NCBI GenBank assembly: GCA_964373175.1
Contig: CAYJTP010000001.1
Coordinates: 41,654-105,653 of the forward strand
Direction of reading: 5' to 3'
DNA length: 64,000 nt
Source: an uncultured Planctomycetales bacterium
GTDB taxonomy: Bacteria > Omnitrophota > Gorgyraeia > Aquiviventales > Aquiviventaceae
The notes below the pieces were generated by a model. It had not been told where the DNA came from and did no database searches. It saw nothing but the letters and a program-made list of their open reading frames with translations. Both the position numbers and the translations under genes were made by a program. Positions 53,364 through 62,427 of the stretch are shown in pieces (position 1 is the first letter of the stretch; every line of letters begins with the position of its first letter).

Positions 53364-54416
53364 TCAGTCCGCTCCTCCTCCGCTCCTGGCTAGCGCTGGC
53401 GAGAGGTTGACCACGCGTCGTTGCGCCGACGACTGGTAAATGGCTTCCATGACCTCGGCCAGCCGCACACCGCTGTCCACGACATTGGCTTCCGGGGTCG
53501 TTCGCGTCTCGACGCATCGCAGGAACGACTCCAGTTCGAGCTTCACCTGATCCACCGGGCCTAGGCTCGGCAGGTTCAGCCGAATACCCCCCTCATTGAC
53601 CAACTGCCATACCCCCTCGCGCAACGCATGGTGCACGCGAAACAACTCTACGGTCCCAGTCTCGACATCCGCTTCGATGGTCGCCTTTGACCCACAGACC
53701 ACGAGCTCTTTGGTGGTCTTGGCGTGTGGAACGACACGGTCGTTCCACCGACCAGGCTGAATATAGCCGGACTCCACGTGAGCAAGCACCCCATTGGGGT
53801 AGGTAAGCAGCACGACTGACAGATCTTCCAACCCACGATTCAAGTGATCGCGGGTCACGGCGAAGACCTCTTCAGGCTCGGCCGCCAGCAACCAGTTGAT
53901 CAAGTCAATGAAGTGGATGGCATCCGTGTGCGTGACGCCCACGTCGGTCCGCGCACGCTTAAATCCCATGAACCGTCCTGAGAAATAGCGGAGGCCGCCC
54001 AGCGTCCCCAGCGCGAGCTGCTGCTTGATCCACTGCGCGATCGGATGGACACGATAGTAGTAGCCGACCTGGACGATCCGGCCGGTCTGCGCAACCAGCT
54101 CGCTGAGTTCCCGCGCCTCGGCCGCCGTCATCGTCATTGGCTTCTCAATGAACGTATCCTTGCCAGCGGTCAGTGCCTCACGGCAGAGCATTCCGTGCGT
54201 ATCTGTCGCCGTCACGATGTCCACCACGTCCACTGTTGGCAACCAGGATCGGAAGTCAACACCAACCCGCTCACGCGGAACCCCACATGCCACAGCCCAC
54301 GTGTGCCGCTTGGGCAACACCTCTGCGACCCACAACGACTCTCGGTAGCCAAGCTCAAGCCACGCCTTCAGGTGGACCTGGCCGAAGCCGCCTAACCCAA
54401 TCTGGAGCACGTTCAT
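53364..54416 (-). CDS. Gfo/Idh/MocA-family oxidoreductase
   Basis: MNVLQIGLGGFGQVHL, EKPMT motif, 350 aa. Confidence 0.8.
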   Translation of the reverse strand: MNVLQIGLGGFGQVHLKAWLELGYRESLWVAEVLPKRHTWAVACGVPRERVGVDFRSWLPTVDVVDIVTATDTHGMLCREALTAGKDTFIEKPMTMTAAEARELSELVAQTGRIVQVGYYYRVHPIAQWIKQQLALGTLGGLRYFSGRFMGFKRARTDVGVTHTDAIHFIDLINWLLAAEPEEVFAVTRDHLNRGLEDLSVVLLTYPNGVLAHVESGYIQPGRWNDRVVPHAKTTKELVVCGSKATIEADVETGTVELFRVHHALREGVWQLVNEGGIRLNLPSLGPVDQVKLELESFLRCVETRTTPEANVVDSGVRLAEVMEAIYQSSAQRRVVNLSPALARSGGGAD

Positions 54417-54502
54417 CTGGTGTTCTTCAACCGCTCCTTACTACACGGTACGTCACGACAGGGAGGAATCACGTGCTGCAGGAGCTGGCTAAGAGAGCCA
54501 CT

Positions 54503-55162
54503 TCAAAGAATCGCGCTCGCTGGCTTAGATGAAGAGGCGGCTTGCTTTCGCACGATTTCTTTGACCTCTTGGCCAGTCTGCTCGAAACGCCGGCCACAGC
54601 GTGCACAGCGTCCAGTGGCATGGGAGACTACCGGTGTAAACGGAAGCCGCTGCCCACACACGCACATCCATCCCTGAAGTCTCGCCGGGTTACCGTACAT
54701 CAGTGCAAACGCCGGCACATCGTGCGTGACCACCGCACCGGCTCCGATGAATGCCTGCTCCTCAATCGTCAGGCCGCAGACGATCGTCGCATTCGCGCCA
54801 ATGCTCGCTCCGCGCCGGACACGTGTTGGTATGTATCCCGTCGCCGGGTCCTTGGGGAACGCTGAGCGGGGATCCTTCACATTGGTAAAGACAGCCGAAG
54901 GACCGCAGAAGACGTCGTCCTCCAGGGTCACCCCCGCGTAGATCGACACGTTATTCTCGATCTTCACCCGGTTGCCAATACTGACCCCCTTACCGATCAA
55001 CACGTTTTGCCCTAGCCGGCAGTCACGACCGATGCGCGCACCGCCCATCACGTGCGAAAAATGCCACACGTGCGTCCCTGGTCCGATCACCGCGCCAAGA
55101 TCCACCACGGCCGTGGGATGAATCATAACCGCCTGCTTGGCAGATTTCAGAGCCTGACCCAT
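54503..55162 (-). CDS. wbpD: hexapeptide-repeat (left-handed beta-helix) sugar N-acetyltransferase, WbpD/PglD-like, with C-terminal zinc ribbon
   Basis: Repeated [LIV]G..x..x hexapeptides (IGRDCRLGQNVLIGKGVSIGNRVKIENNVSI). C-terminal CVCG...CARCG. Confidence 0.75.
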   Translation of the reverse strand: MGQALKSAKQAVMIHPTAVVDLGAVIGPGTHVWHFSHVMGGARIGRDCRLGQNVLIGKGVSIGNRVKIENNVSIYAGVTLEDDVFCGPSAVFTNVKDPRSAFPKDPATGYIPTRVRRGASIGANATIVCGLTIEEQAFIGAGAVVTHDVPAFALMYGNPARLQGWMCVCGQRLPFTPVVSHATGRCARCGRRFEQTGQEVKEIVRKQAASSSKPASAIL

Positions 55163-56214
55163 GCGCCTCCACGATCCATCGACTGCTGGGCCGCATCCAG
55201 CACCCGCAGCACCCGCAAGCCGCCCTCACCGTCGCTGAGCGGTTGCTTCCCTTGGCGGACACACTCCAAGAAGTGTTCACACTCAAGCTTCAGCGGCTCA
55301 GTCAAGTCGATGCGGGGAATCCGGATGTCACCGCTGCGCAGCGTGATCCACCAGTCACCGTACGAATCATAATCACGCATCGCCCCCTTATCGTAGATGC
55401 GCAGCTTCTCGGTCGGCTCCATGTCATCGAACGTCACCATCTTCTGGCTGCCTACCACGGTCACCTTGCGAATCTTGTGCGGATCGAGCCAACTCAGGTG
55501 GATGTGGGCGAGTGGCTCGTCTGAAAACTTCAGCGTCACGAAGACGACGTCCTCAACCTTCTCCTGGACGTAGCACGCGCCGTGCGCCGCGACAGCAACG
55601 GGCAGTTCCCCGAGCAGATCGAGAATCATCGAGACATCGTGAGAGCCAAGGCTCCACAGCACATTCTCATCTCTACGGATCTGCCCGAGGTTGAGCCGCT
55701 GCGTATAGATGTAGTGCACCGTCCCGAGCTCACCAGATTCCACCAAGCGCTTGAGCGCTAGAAAGGCGGGGTGGTATCGCAAGAGATGGCCAACCATCAG
55801 GCACCGGCATTGCACTTTGGCCAACTTGATACACTGCTCTGCATCAGCCAACAGGAGCGCAACGGGTTTTTCGATGAACACATGCTTGCCCGCCTCGAGT
55901 GCCTGCAGGCCAAACTGAGCATGGGTCACCGCTGGGGTCGCAATCACCACCGCCTCGATCGATTCGTCTGAAAAAATGGGGGCGGTGGTCTTGACATACC
56001 GAACCTTAGGAAATGCGCGCCGCATGGCGTCCAGCCGTTCGTCCAGGATGTCGCAGCAATAGACGAGTTCGGACCCGGGTAATTGGTGAAACTCCCGCAC
56101 GAGATTCTTGCCCCAGTCCCCACACCCAATCACCGCCAGGCGTACAGGCGCTGTTGTCTCGGCGCGATCTGCAGATCTGCGTGTGGTTCTTGGGGCGGCC
56201 GCACGCACAGTCAT
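55147..56214 (-). CDS. wbpB: Gfo/Idh/MocA oxidoreductase, WbpB-like UDP-N-acetylglucosaminuronate 3-dehydrogenase candidate
   Basis: [20 protein letters not shown] motif. Adjacent to the LbH acetyltransferase, as in WbpB-WbpD pairs. Start at the ATG in an ATGA overlap. Confidence 0.75.
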   Translation of the reverse strand: MTVRAAAPRTTRRSADRAETTAPVRLAVIGCGDWGKNLVREFHQLPGSELVYCCDILDERLDAMRRAFPKVRYVKTTAPIFSDESIEAVVIATPAVTHAQFGLQALEAGKHVFIEKPVALLLADAEQCIKLAKVQCRCLMVGHLLRYHPAFLALKRLVESGELGTVHYIYTQRLNLGQIRRDENVLWSLGSHDVSMILDLLGELPVAVAAHGACYVQEKVEDVVFVTLKFSDEPLAHIHLSWLDPHKIRKVTVVGSQKMVTFDDMEPTEKLRIYDKGAMRDYDSYGDWWITLRSGDIRIPRIDLTEPLKLECEHFLECVRQGKQPLSDGEGGLRVLRVLDAAQQSMDRGGAWVRL

Positions 56215-57167
56215 CGGACCACCGACGCAAGGGACTGGGCGAACCAGGCAATGCTGCGCTGGAGGCCGTCCGACAACGTGGTCTTCGGCTCCCACCCTTT
56301 GAGCGTTCTCCTGGCCACACTGATGTCAGGGCGACGCTGCTTCGGATCGTCCTGCGGGAGTGACCGGAATTCAATCCGGCTCTTGCTCTTCGTTCCCTGA
56401 ACGTGCTTGAGAATGGTTTCTGCGAGACGGAGGATGGTCCACTCCTCGGGGTTGCCAAGGTTCACTGGGTCGGGGTGTGAGATGGTCATAAGCTGGGTGA
56501 TGCCTTCGATCAAATCATCAATGTAGCAGAAGCTGCGGGTCTGGCTCCCGTCGCCAAAGACGGTCAGGGGCTCCCCGCGCAAAGCCTGCGTGATGAAGGT
56601 GGGGATGGCGCGGCCGTCGTCCATCCTCATCCGGGGTCCAAACGAATTGAAGATGCGAGCGATCCGTGTCTCGACGCCATGTTCGCGGTGATAGGCCATC
56701 GTGAGGGCTTCCGCGAACCGTTTGGCCTCATCGTAGACGCCGCGAGGCCCGACTGGGTTGACGTGGCCCCAGTAGGATTCGGGCTGGGGATGGACCTGCG
56801 GATCGCCGTAGACCTCCGAAGTTGACGCCAAGAGGAACTTGGCCTGCTTGGCCTTGGCGATCCCCAGGGCATTAAGGGTTCCAAGGGAGCCGACCTTGAG
56901 GGTTTGGATCGGGTACTTGAGGTAATCGTGTGGACTGGCGGGCGAGGCGAAGTGCAGGACGTAGTCGACAGGACCATCCGGCTCGTACGGTTTGCTGACG
57001 TCGTGTTGCACAAACGCGAATCGGGCGTGGGTCTTGAGGTTGGCGACGTTGTCCATCTTTCCCGTGATCAGGTTGTCCACGCAGAGCACCTCATGGCCGC
57101 CTTCGATCAGCCGGTCGCACAGGTGCGAGCCGATGAACCCTGCCCCGCCGGTGACGAGGATTCTCAT
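56211..57167 (-). CDS. UDP-glucuronate decarboxylase (UDP-xylose synthase) / extended-SDR NDP-sugar dehydratase family
   Basis: [29 protein letters not shown] (YxxxK), UXS/ArnA-C-terminal-like length and pattern. Confidence 0.8.
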   Translation of the reverse strand: MRILVTGGAGFIGSHLCDRLIEGGHEVLCVDNLITGKMDNVANLKTHARFAFVQHDVSKPYEPDGPVDYVLHFASPASPHDYLKYPIQTLKVGSLGTLNALGIAKAKQAKFLLASTSEVYGDPQVHPQPESYWGHVNPVGPRGVYDEAKRFAEALTMAYHREHGVETRIARIFNSFGPRMRMDDGRAIPTFITQALRGEPLTVFGDGSQTRSFCYIDDLIEGITQLMTISHPDPVNLGNPEEWTILRLAETILKHVQGTKSKSRIEFRSLPQDDPKQRRPDISVARRTLKGWEPKTTLSDGLQRSIAWFAQSLASVVR

Positions 57168-57418
57168 GAAGCCAGCGGTCCTCCTTCAGCGGCTTCGAGG
57201 AACGGCTGCTCTAGCGTCACCGTGAAGTCCAGGAACCGATGCAGGAGCTTGATGCCCCGATGCTTGTTCGAGGTGCGCTTGATGAAGCCTTTGCGTTCCA
57301 GGGCGTTGAGGCGGTCGACGGCGGATTTGTACGAGGCGATCTGGCAGTTGGCTTGGATCTCGCGGATAAAGGGGGCGCGCTGGTTCTGCGCCAGATAGCG
57401 CTGGATATACTCCAGCAC
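57164..57418 (-). CDS. small LexA-N-terminal-domain-like winged-helix DNA-binding protein (putative transcriptional regulator)
   Basis: 84 aa. [45 protein letters not shown] closely follows the LexA DNA-binding-domain consensus (..PPSIREIA..LGL.S.S.V..HL.ALE.KGYI.R). No peptidase domain. Confidence 0.55.
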   Translation of the reverse strand: MLEYIQRYLAQNQRAPFIREIQANCQIASYKSAVDRLNALERKGFIKRTSNKHRGIKLLHRFLDFTVTLEQPFLEAAEGGPLAS

Positions 57419-57506
57419 GGCCTGTTGTTTACTGGTAAGTTTGGTCAGTCCAGGGCCTTAAGCAGAGTAAAAATTACTATCAACCGGTGAGCAATTATTA
57501 ACATAC
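57419..57506 (-). promoter_or_regulatory. AT-rich intergenic region upstream of the LexA-like gene with inverted repeat AGTAA-N3-TTACT; candidate internal promoter/operator
   Basis: The only AT-rich stretch in the cluster. Minus-strand reading contains TTGATA and TA-rich hexamers compatible with a sigma70-like promoter. Confidence 0.35.
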
Positions 57507-58655
57507 TTAGGGAACCTTGTCAAACGCTTTCTGGGCCTTCGGGGCCCCCAGAATCTGCTGGATGTCCTCCACCACACGACGCAACTGGGCACTCGAAAGT
57601 TCTGGATAGAGGGGAAGCGCCAGGACCTCGGCAGCTGCGCGTTCGGCCACAGGGTATCGCTCTGGCCGGCTGCCCAGAAAGGCGAGGGCTGGCTGGTGTG
57701 GGAGGATAAGTGGATAGACCACCTGGACACCGATACCTTCCTGGGTTAACCCTTCGTAGAGCCTCTCCCGTTGGGAGCACCGGATCACATACAATGAAAA
57801 CACGTGCCAGCACTCAGGGCGTTCCTCTGGCAGGGTGAGCCACTCGGTTAAGCCAGTGCTGGTGAACAGCGCCCGATACGTCTGAGCATGTTGCCGCCTG
57901 GCACGGGTCCATGCCTCGAGGTGGGGGAGCTTCGCCCGCAAGATCGCTGCCTGGAGTTCATCTAAGCGACTGTTCTTCCCCGGCAGGACGTGCACGTACT
58001 TCTCTCGACTGCCATGGACCCGAAGCAGACGAAGGCGCTCGGCGAGGTCGGCATCGTGAGTCACGACCAGTCCCCCGTCACCGTACGCCCCAAGAGGCTT
58101 GCTCGGATAAAAGCTGAAGCAGCCAGCACGGCCAAACGACCCCACAGGCACACCGCGATACCGCGCGCCGAGCGCCTGGGCACAGTCCTCAATCACCGCA
58201 AGATGGTGCCGTGTGGCGAATTCCATGAGGGGGGCCATGTCGCATGGGTGGCCATACAGGTGGACGGGGAGCACAGCCTTGGTTCGAGGGGTCAGCTGGG
58301 CTTCCAGGTGAGAAGGGTCGAGCGTAAAGGTCAGCGGATCAATGTCCACAAAGACCGGGATAGCCCCCATGGTGACAATCGCTTCCGCCGTGGCAAAAAA
58401 CGAAAACGCACTCGTGATCACCTCATCGTTGGGACCGATCCCACAAGCCCGCAAGGACAGCTCCAGCGCATCGGTCCCTGAGGCAACGGCAACGGCGTGC
58501 GTGGTGCCACAGTAGGCAGCCAGTTCCTGCTCGAGCGCTTCGACTTCGGGTCCAAGGATGAACTGTCCCTTGGCGAACACGCGCTGAATTGCCGCATCGA
58601 TCGCAGGTTTGAGGCTGGCGTACTGCGCCTTCAAGTCCACTAAGGGAATCTTCAT
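57507..58655 (-). CDS. wbpE: DegT-family aminotransferase (WbpE-like UDP-2-acetamido-2-deoxy-3-oxo-glucuronate aminotransferase candidate)
   Basis: MKIPLVDLKAQY... and FSFYPSKPLGAYGDGG (PLP lysine), 382 aa. Confidence 0.8.
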   Translation of the reverse strand: MKIPLVDLKAQYASLKPAIDAAIQRVFAKGQFILGPEVEALEQELAAYCGTTHAVAVASGTDALELSLRACGIGPNDEVITSAFSFFATAEAIVTMGAIPVFVDIDPLTFTLDPSHLEAQLTPRTKAVLPVHLYGHPCDMAPLMEFATRHHLAVIEDCAQALGARYRGVPVGSFGRAGCFSFYPSKPLGAYGDGGLVVTHDADLAERLRLLRVHGSREKYVHVLPGKNSRLDELQAAILRAKLPHLEAWTRARRQHAQTYRALFTSTGLTEWLTLPEERPECWHVFSLYVIRCSQRERLYEGLTQEGIGVQVVYPLILPHQPALAFLGSRPERYPVAERAAAEVLALPLYPELSSAQLRRVVEDIQQILGAPKAQKAFDKVP

Positions 58656-58676
58656 CGTATGGGGGTCCGAGGAGGA

Positions 58677-59630
58677 TCAGCGGCTTGCGGTGCGAGCGTA
58701 GCCGTTTTGAAACCACGCCACCGTATGCGCCAAGCCTTCAGCAAACCGAACGGTTGGCTGCCACTTCAGGTGCTGAGCAGCTTTGGAAATATCCGCGAGG
58801 GTTCGACGCACATCTCCAGGACGCGGCGGGGTAAATTGTGGCGAGATCGACAGCCCCAGGACCGTATTGAGCTGAGCAAGCAGATCTAAGACCGAGTAGC
58901 TTTCTCCGCAGCCGACATTGAAGACTTCCCCACTCACGCCTGGCGCGGTGGCGGCTCGAATGGTCACCTCGACGACATTCTCAATATACGTGAAGTCACG
59001 CGATTGCAGCCCATCCCCATGCACCGGTGGCGATTCGTGTCGCAGTAAGCACGTGATGAACTTCGGCACCACCACCGCATACTCGTTCTCCAGACTTTGC
59101 CGCGGACCAAACACATTGAAATAGCGCAAGGCGACCGTCTCCAGTCCGAAGCTGCGGGCAAAGAGTTGGCAGTAGTGCTCTGCGCTCAGTTTGGACATCG
59201 CATAGGGGGAAACCGGCGCCACCGGTTGCACTTCTCGTAGGGGGACGCGGTCCGTCTCGCCATACACGGAACTGGACGATGCAAACACGACCCGTTTCAC
59301 CTTCGCCGCGACAGCCGCCGCCAGGAGATTCACGGTTCCCAGCACATTGACCTCGGTGTAGCCGCAGGGATCCTCCATCGATTTGGGCACGCTGCGCCAG
59401 GCAGCCTCGTGGATCACATAGTCGATGTCTTTCACAGCTCGTCGGACAGCCTGTCGGTCACGGATATCCCCGCTGATGAGTTCGAGGCGGGTCTGGACAC
59501 TCGCGAGGTTGTCCGATCGGCCGGTGGAGAGATCATCCAGAACCCGGACCGCGTGTCCCTCGCGGACGAGCCGCTCGACAATGTGAGACCCAATGAATCC
59601 GGCACCGCCGGTGACCAGATACCGGGCCAT
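58677..59630 (-). CDS. NAD-dependent epimerase/dehydratase (UDP-sugar 4-epimerase-like, WbpP-type)
   Basis: [30 protein letters not shown] (YxxxK). Confidence 0.85.
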   Translation of the reverse strand: MARYLVTGGAGFIGSHIVERLVREGHAVRVLDDLSTGRSDNLASVQTRLELISGDIRDRQAVRRAVKDIDYVIHEAAWRSVPKSMEDPCGYTEVNVLGTVNLLAAAVAAKVKRVVFASSSSVYGETDRVPLREVQPVAPVSPYAMSKLSAEHYCQLFARSFGLETVALRYFNVFGPRQSLENEYAVVVPKFITCLLRHESPPVHGDGLQSRDFTYIENVVEVTIRAATAPGVSGEVFNVGCGESYSVLDLLAQLNTVLGLSISPQFTPPRPGDVRRTLADISKAAQHLKWQPTVRFAEGLAHTVAWFQNGYARTASR

Positions 59631-59653
59631 GCTAGCGAAGGCCTGGGACTGTG

Positions 59654-61021
59654 TTAGAGTGTCGTGACATGAGGCGCGGCGCTACGTCCCCGACCGTACT
59701 GGTTGCGGGTGTCCACAATCACTGGGGCGTGGCGCAGCACAAGGTCATAATCGACATTTGAATGGTTCGTCAGCACCACCACACAATCAGTCTGTTTGAG
59801 CAGGCTGGCCTCCAAGGGCATGGAGCGGACCATACGACCATTGAGCTGGACGGTGGGCACGTAGGGATCATGATACCGCACCTCAGCCCCACGCCGCTGC
59901 AGTTCCTGGGCCACCTCAAACGTGGGAGAGTCGCGGGTATCGTTGACGTCTTTCTTGTACGCCAGCCCAAGCAGGAGGATCCGCGAGCCGTTGAGCGATT
60001 TGCGATGGTCATTGAGCGCAGCCGCGACTTTTTCCACAACGTGGTGCGGCATGTACCGATTGGTCTGATCCGCCAGCTCGATAAACCGCGCTTCAAACCC
60101 GTGAAGCCGAGCTTTCCAGGCGAGGTACATCGGATCCGAGGGGATGCAATGTCCGCCGATCCCGGGACCTGGATAAAAGCCCATGAACCCAAACGGCTTG
60201 GTCTTCGCGGCCTCGATGACCTCCCAGACGTCGAGTCCGAGCTTGTCACACATCAGGGTAATCTCGTTGACTAAGCCGATGTTGACCGCTCGAAAGGTGT
60301 TCTCCAGCAGCTTCACCATCTCGGCGACCTTGGTGGAGGAGACCGGGACAACGCGCGTGACGACCTGGCGGTAGAGCAACTGGGCGACTTTCAAGCACGT
60401 GGGTGTGACCCCGCCGATGACCTTGGGGATCGTCCGGGTCGTAAACTGGGCATTGCCCGGATCAATCCGTTCCGGCGAGAAGGCGAGGCAAAAGTCGCGG
60501 CCGACTGTGAATCCTCGCGCCTCCAGCATCGGGAGGATCACCTCATCGGTCGTTCCAGGATAGGTCGTGCTCTCAAGGACGATCAACTGGCCAGGGCGGA
60601 GGGCGTTAGCAATCTCTTGTGCGGCTGAGAGGATATAGGAGATATCCGGCTCGCGGGTTTTTCGTAACGGGGTCGGCACACAGATGATGATCGCATCCAG
60701 GTCAGCCAACTGGGTAAAGGTCGCTGTCGCCGCGAGCCGTTTCGAGCGGACCAACTGGGTGAGTTTCCCGCTGGCAACATCCGCAATGTAGGAGCGACCG
60801 GCGTTCACCTGCGTGACACGGTTGAGGTCCAGATCGATACCCGTGACACGAAACCCTTCGGTGGCAAACTCGACGGCCAAGGGCAATCCCACATAGCCCA
60901 AGCCGATGACGCCAATCCGCGCGGTCTTCGTGCGCAGCCGCTGCTCCAGTTGCTTAAGGCTGGTAGGCTGGTGGGAAGATGCCGACGAATGTTTAGCAGT
61001 GCGAAGGCGCGCCGGGCTCAT
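59654..61021 (-). CDS. wbpA: UDP-N-acetyl-D-glucosamine/mannosamine 6-dehydrogenase (WbpA/WecC family)
   Basis: IGVIGLGYVGLPLAVEFA...; nucleotide-sugar dehydrogenase three-domain layout with catalytic Cys region (GGHCIPSDP). Confidence 0.8.
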   Translation of the reverse strand: MSPARLRTAKHSSASSHQPTSLKQLEQRLRTKTARIGVIGLGYVGLPLAVEFATEGFRVTGIDLDLNRVTQVNAGRSYIADVASGKLTQLVRSKRLAATATFTQLADLDAIIICVPTPLRKTREPDISYILSAAQEIANALRPGQLIVLESTTYPGTTDEVILPMLEARGFTVGRDFCLAFSPERIDPGNAQFTTRTIPKVIGGVTPTCLKVAQLLYRQVVTRVVPVSSTKVAEMVKLLENTFRAVNIGLVNEITLMCDKLGLDVWEVIEAAKTKPFGFMGFYPGPGIGGHCIPSDPMYLAWKARLHGFEARFIELADQTNRYMPHHVVEKVAAALNDHRKSLNGSRILLLGLAYKKDVNDTRDSPTFEVAQELQRRGAEVRYHDPYVPTVQLNGRMVRSMPLEASLLKQTDCVVVLTNHSNVDYDLVLRHAPVIVDTRNQYGRGRSAAPHVTTL

Positions 61022-62322
61022 TCCACCATAGGCCCCCGACCCACACCGACATAGCGAAATCCCAGGCGCCGCAAGGCGGCTGGATCGTAGAGATTGCGCC
61101 CATCCGCCACGAACGGCTGCCGCATCAGCTTCTTGATCCGGTTGAAATCGAGTCCCTTGAATTCATCCCATTCAGTGACAATTGCCAGACAATCCGCGCC
61201 GCACGCCGCATCATAGACATCCTTGCAGAACGTCACGCCCTGAAACACCCCATCGGCATGCGGCATGGCCTTGGGGTCGAACACCCGAACCTGCGCCCCT
61301 TCTTGCTGGAGCATGCGGATGATGTCAATGGCAGGGGCTTCGCGCAGATCATCCGTGTTGGGCTTAAACGCCAGGCCGAGCACCCCGATCGTCTTGTTGT
61401 TCAAATTCCAGAGGCTTTTGGCAATCTGTTTCACAAAGAGTTCCCGTTGCTCCTGGTTCACATGGGCAACGGCTTTCAAGATGGGCATCTCGACGCCAAG
61501 TTTTTCCGCGATGCGGATAAAGGCGGAGACATCCTTGGGAAAACAGTAGCCCCCATAGCCCACGCCGGCATCCAAGAACGCCCGGCCGATCCGTTTGTCC
61601 AGCCCCATGCCTTCAGTGACCTTAACGACATCAGCCCCGACCCGATCGCAGAGCTGCGCAATCGCATTGATGTACGAGACTTTCATGGCCAGAAATGAGT
61701 TGGAGGCGTGCTTGATCAGTTCGGCGCTCTTGATATCGGTGATGACCAAGGGGGCCTGCAACGGTTTGTAGAGTTTCACCAACGTATCTTTCGCCCGCTT
61801 GGTTTCCACCCCCAGGACGACACGGTCCGGATGTAGGAAGTCCTGGATCGCGGATCCCTCCCGCAGGAATTCGGGATTCGAGGCCACATCGAAGGCGACC
61901 CCGCGGTGGGCCGCCACACGCATCGTGCGCTTGATCCACTCCCCTGTTTCCACCGGAACCGTGCTTTTCTCGACGATCAACCGATACGAACGTATGGCAT
62001 GGGCGATCTCGCGACAGACGTTTTCCACCGCGGACAGATCGGCCTCCCCATTGGGGCGAGCCGGGGTGCCGACACAAATAAATATGACCAGACTCTGCTC
62101 AGCCGCCTCCTTGATGGAGGAGACCAATCGAAGTCGCTTCTCACTCAAGCCCCGGTGGACGAGCTCCTCCAGCCCGGGCTCGTAAAACGGGACCTGCCCT
62201 TTCTTGAGGAGGGTGAGCTTCTTCTGGTCATGATCCACCATGACCACTTGATTGCCCAAATCGGCAAAACAGGCTCCCGTCACCAATCCCACATGACCGG
62301 CGCCCACAATGCTAATATCCAT
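61018..62322 (-). CDS. ugd: UDP-glucose 6-dehydrogenase
   Basis: MDISIVGAGHVGLVTGACFADLGNQV...; catalytic GYGGYCFPKD. Confidence 0.85.
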   Translation of the reverse strand: MDISIVGAGHVGLVTGACFADLGNQVVMVDHDQKKLTLLKKGQVPFYEPGLEELVHRGLSEKRLRLVSSIKEAAEQSLVIFICVGTPARPNGEADLSAVENVCREIAHAIRSYRLIVEKSTVPVETGEWIKRTMRVAAHRGVAFDVASNPEFLREGSAIQDFLHPDRVVLGVETKRAKDTLVKLYKPLQAPLVITDIKSAELIKHASNSFLAMKVSYINAIAQLCDRVGADVVKVTEGMGLDKRIGRAFLDAGVGYGGYCFPKDVSAFIRIAEKLGVEMPILKAVAHVNQEQRELFVKQIAKSLWNLNNKTIGVLGLAFKPNTDDLREAPAIDIIRMLQQEGAQVRVFDPKAMPHADGVFQGVTFCKDVYDAACGADCLAIVTEWDEFKGLDFNRIKKLMRQPFVADGRNLYDPAALRRLGFRYVGVGRGPMVE

Positions 62323-62344
62323 GACGACTCACCACAGGGTTCAG

Positions 62345-62385
62345 GAAGGAAGCAGGATCCCTACCGTCTTGCAGAAGTGTTTATT
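62345..62385 (-). promoter_or_regulatory. candidate sigma70-type promoter for the glycan operon (TTGTGG-N18-TATAAT)
   Basis: Minus-strand TATAAT at 62352-62357 with a TTG-containing -35 box about 18 nt upstream, within the 105-nt gap between lptD and ugd. It is the only good -10 hexamer seen between genes. Confidence 0.35.
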
Positions 62386-62427
62386 ATAATGCAGCGTCCA
62401 CGAACCCACAAGGCCATTTCCCTGCTG

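Noticed and set aside
54417-54502. 86-nt intergenic region upstream of the WbpD-like acetyltransferase as a promoter
   Set aside because: It is GC-rich with no recognisable -10/-35 hexamers or inverted repeats. It is probably just a spacer containing the RBS.
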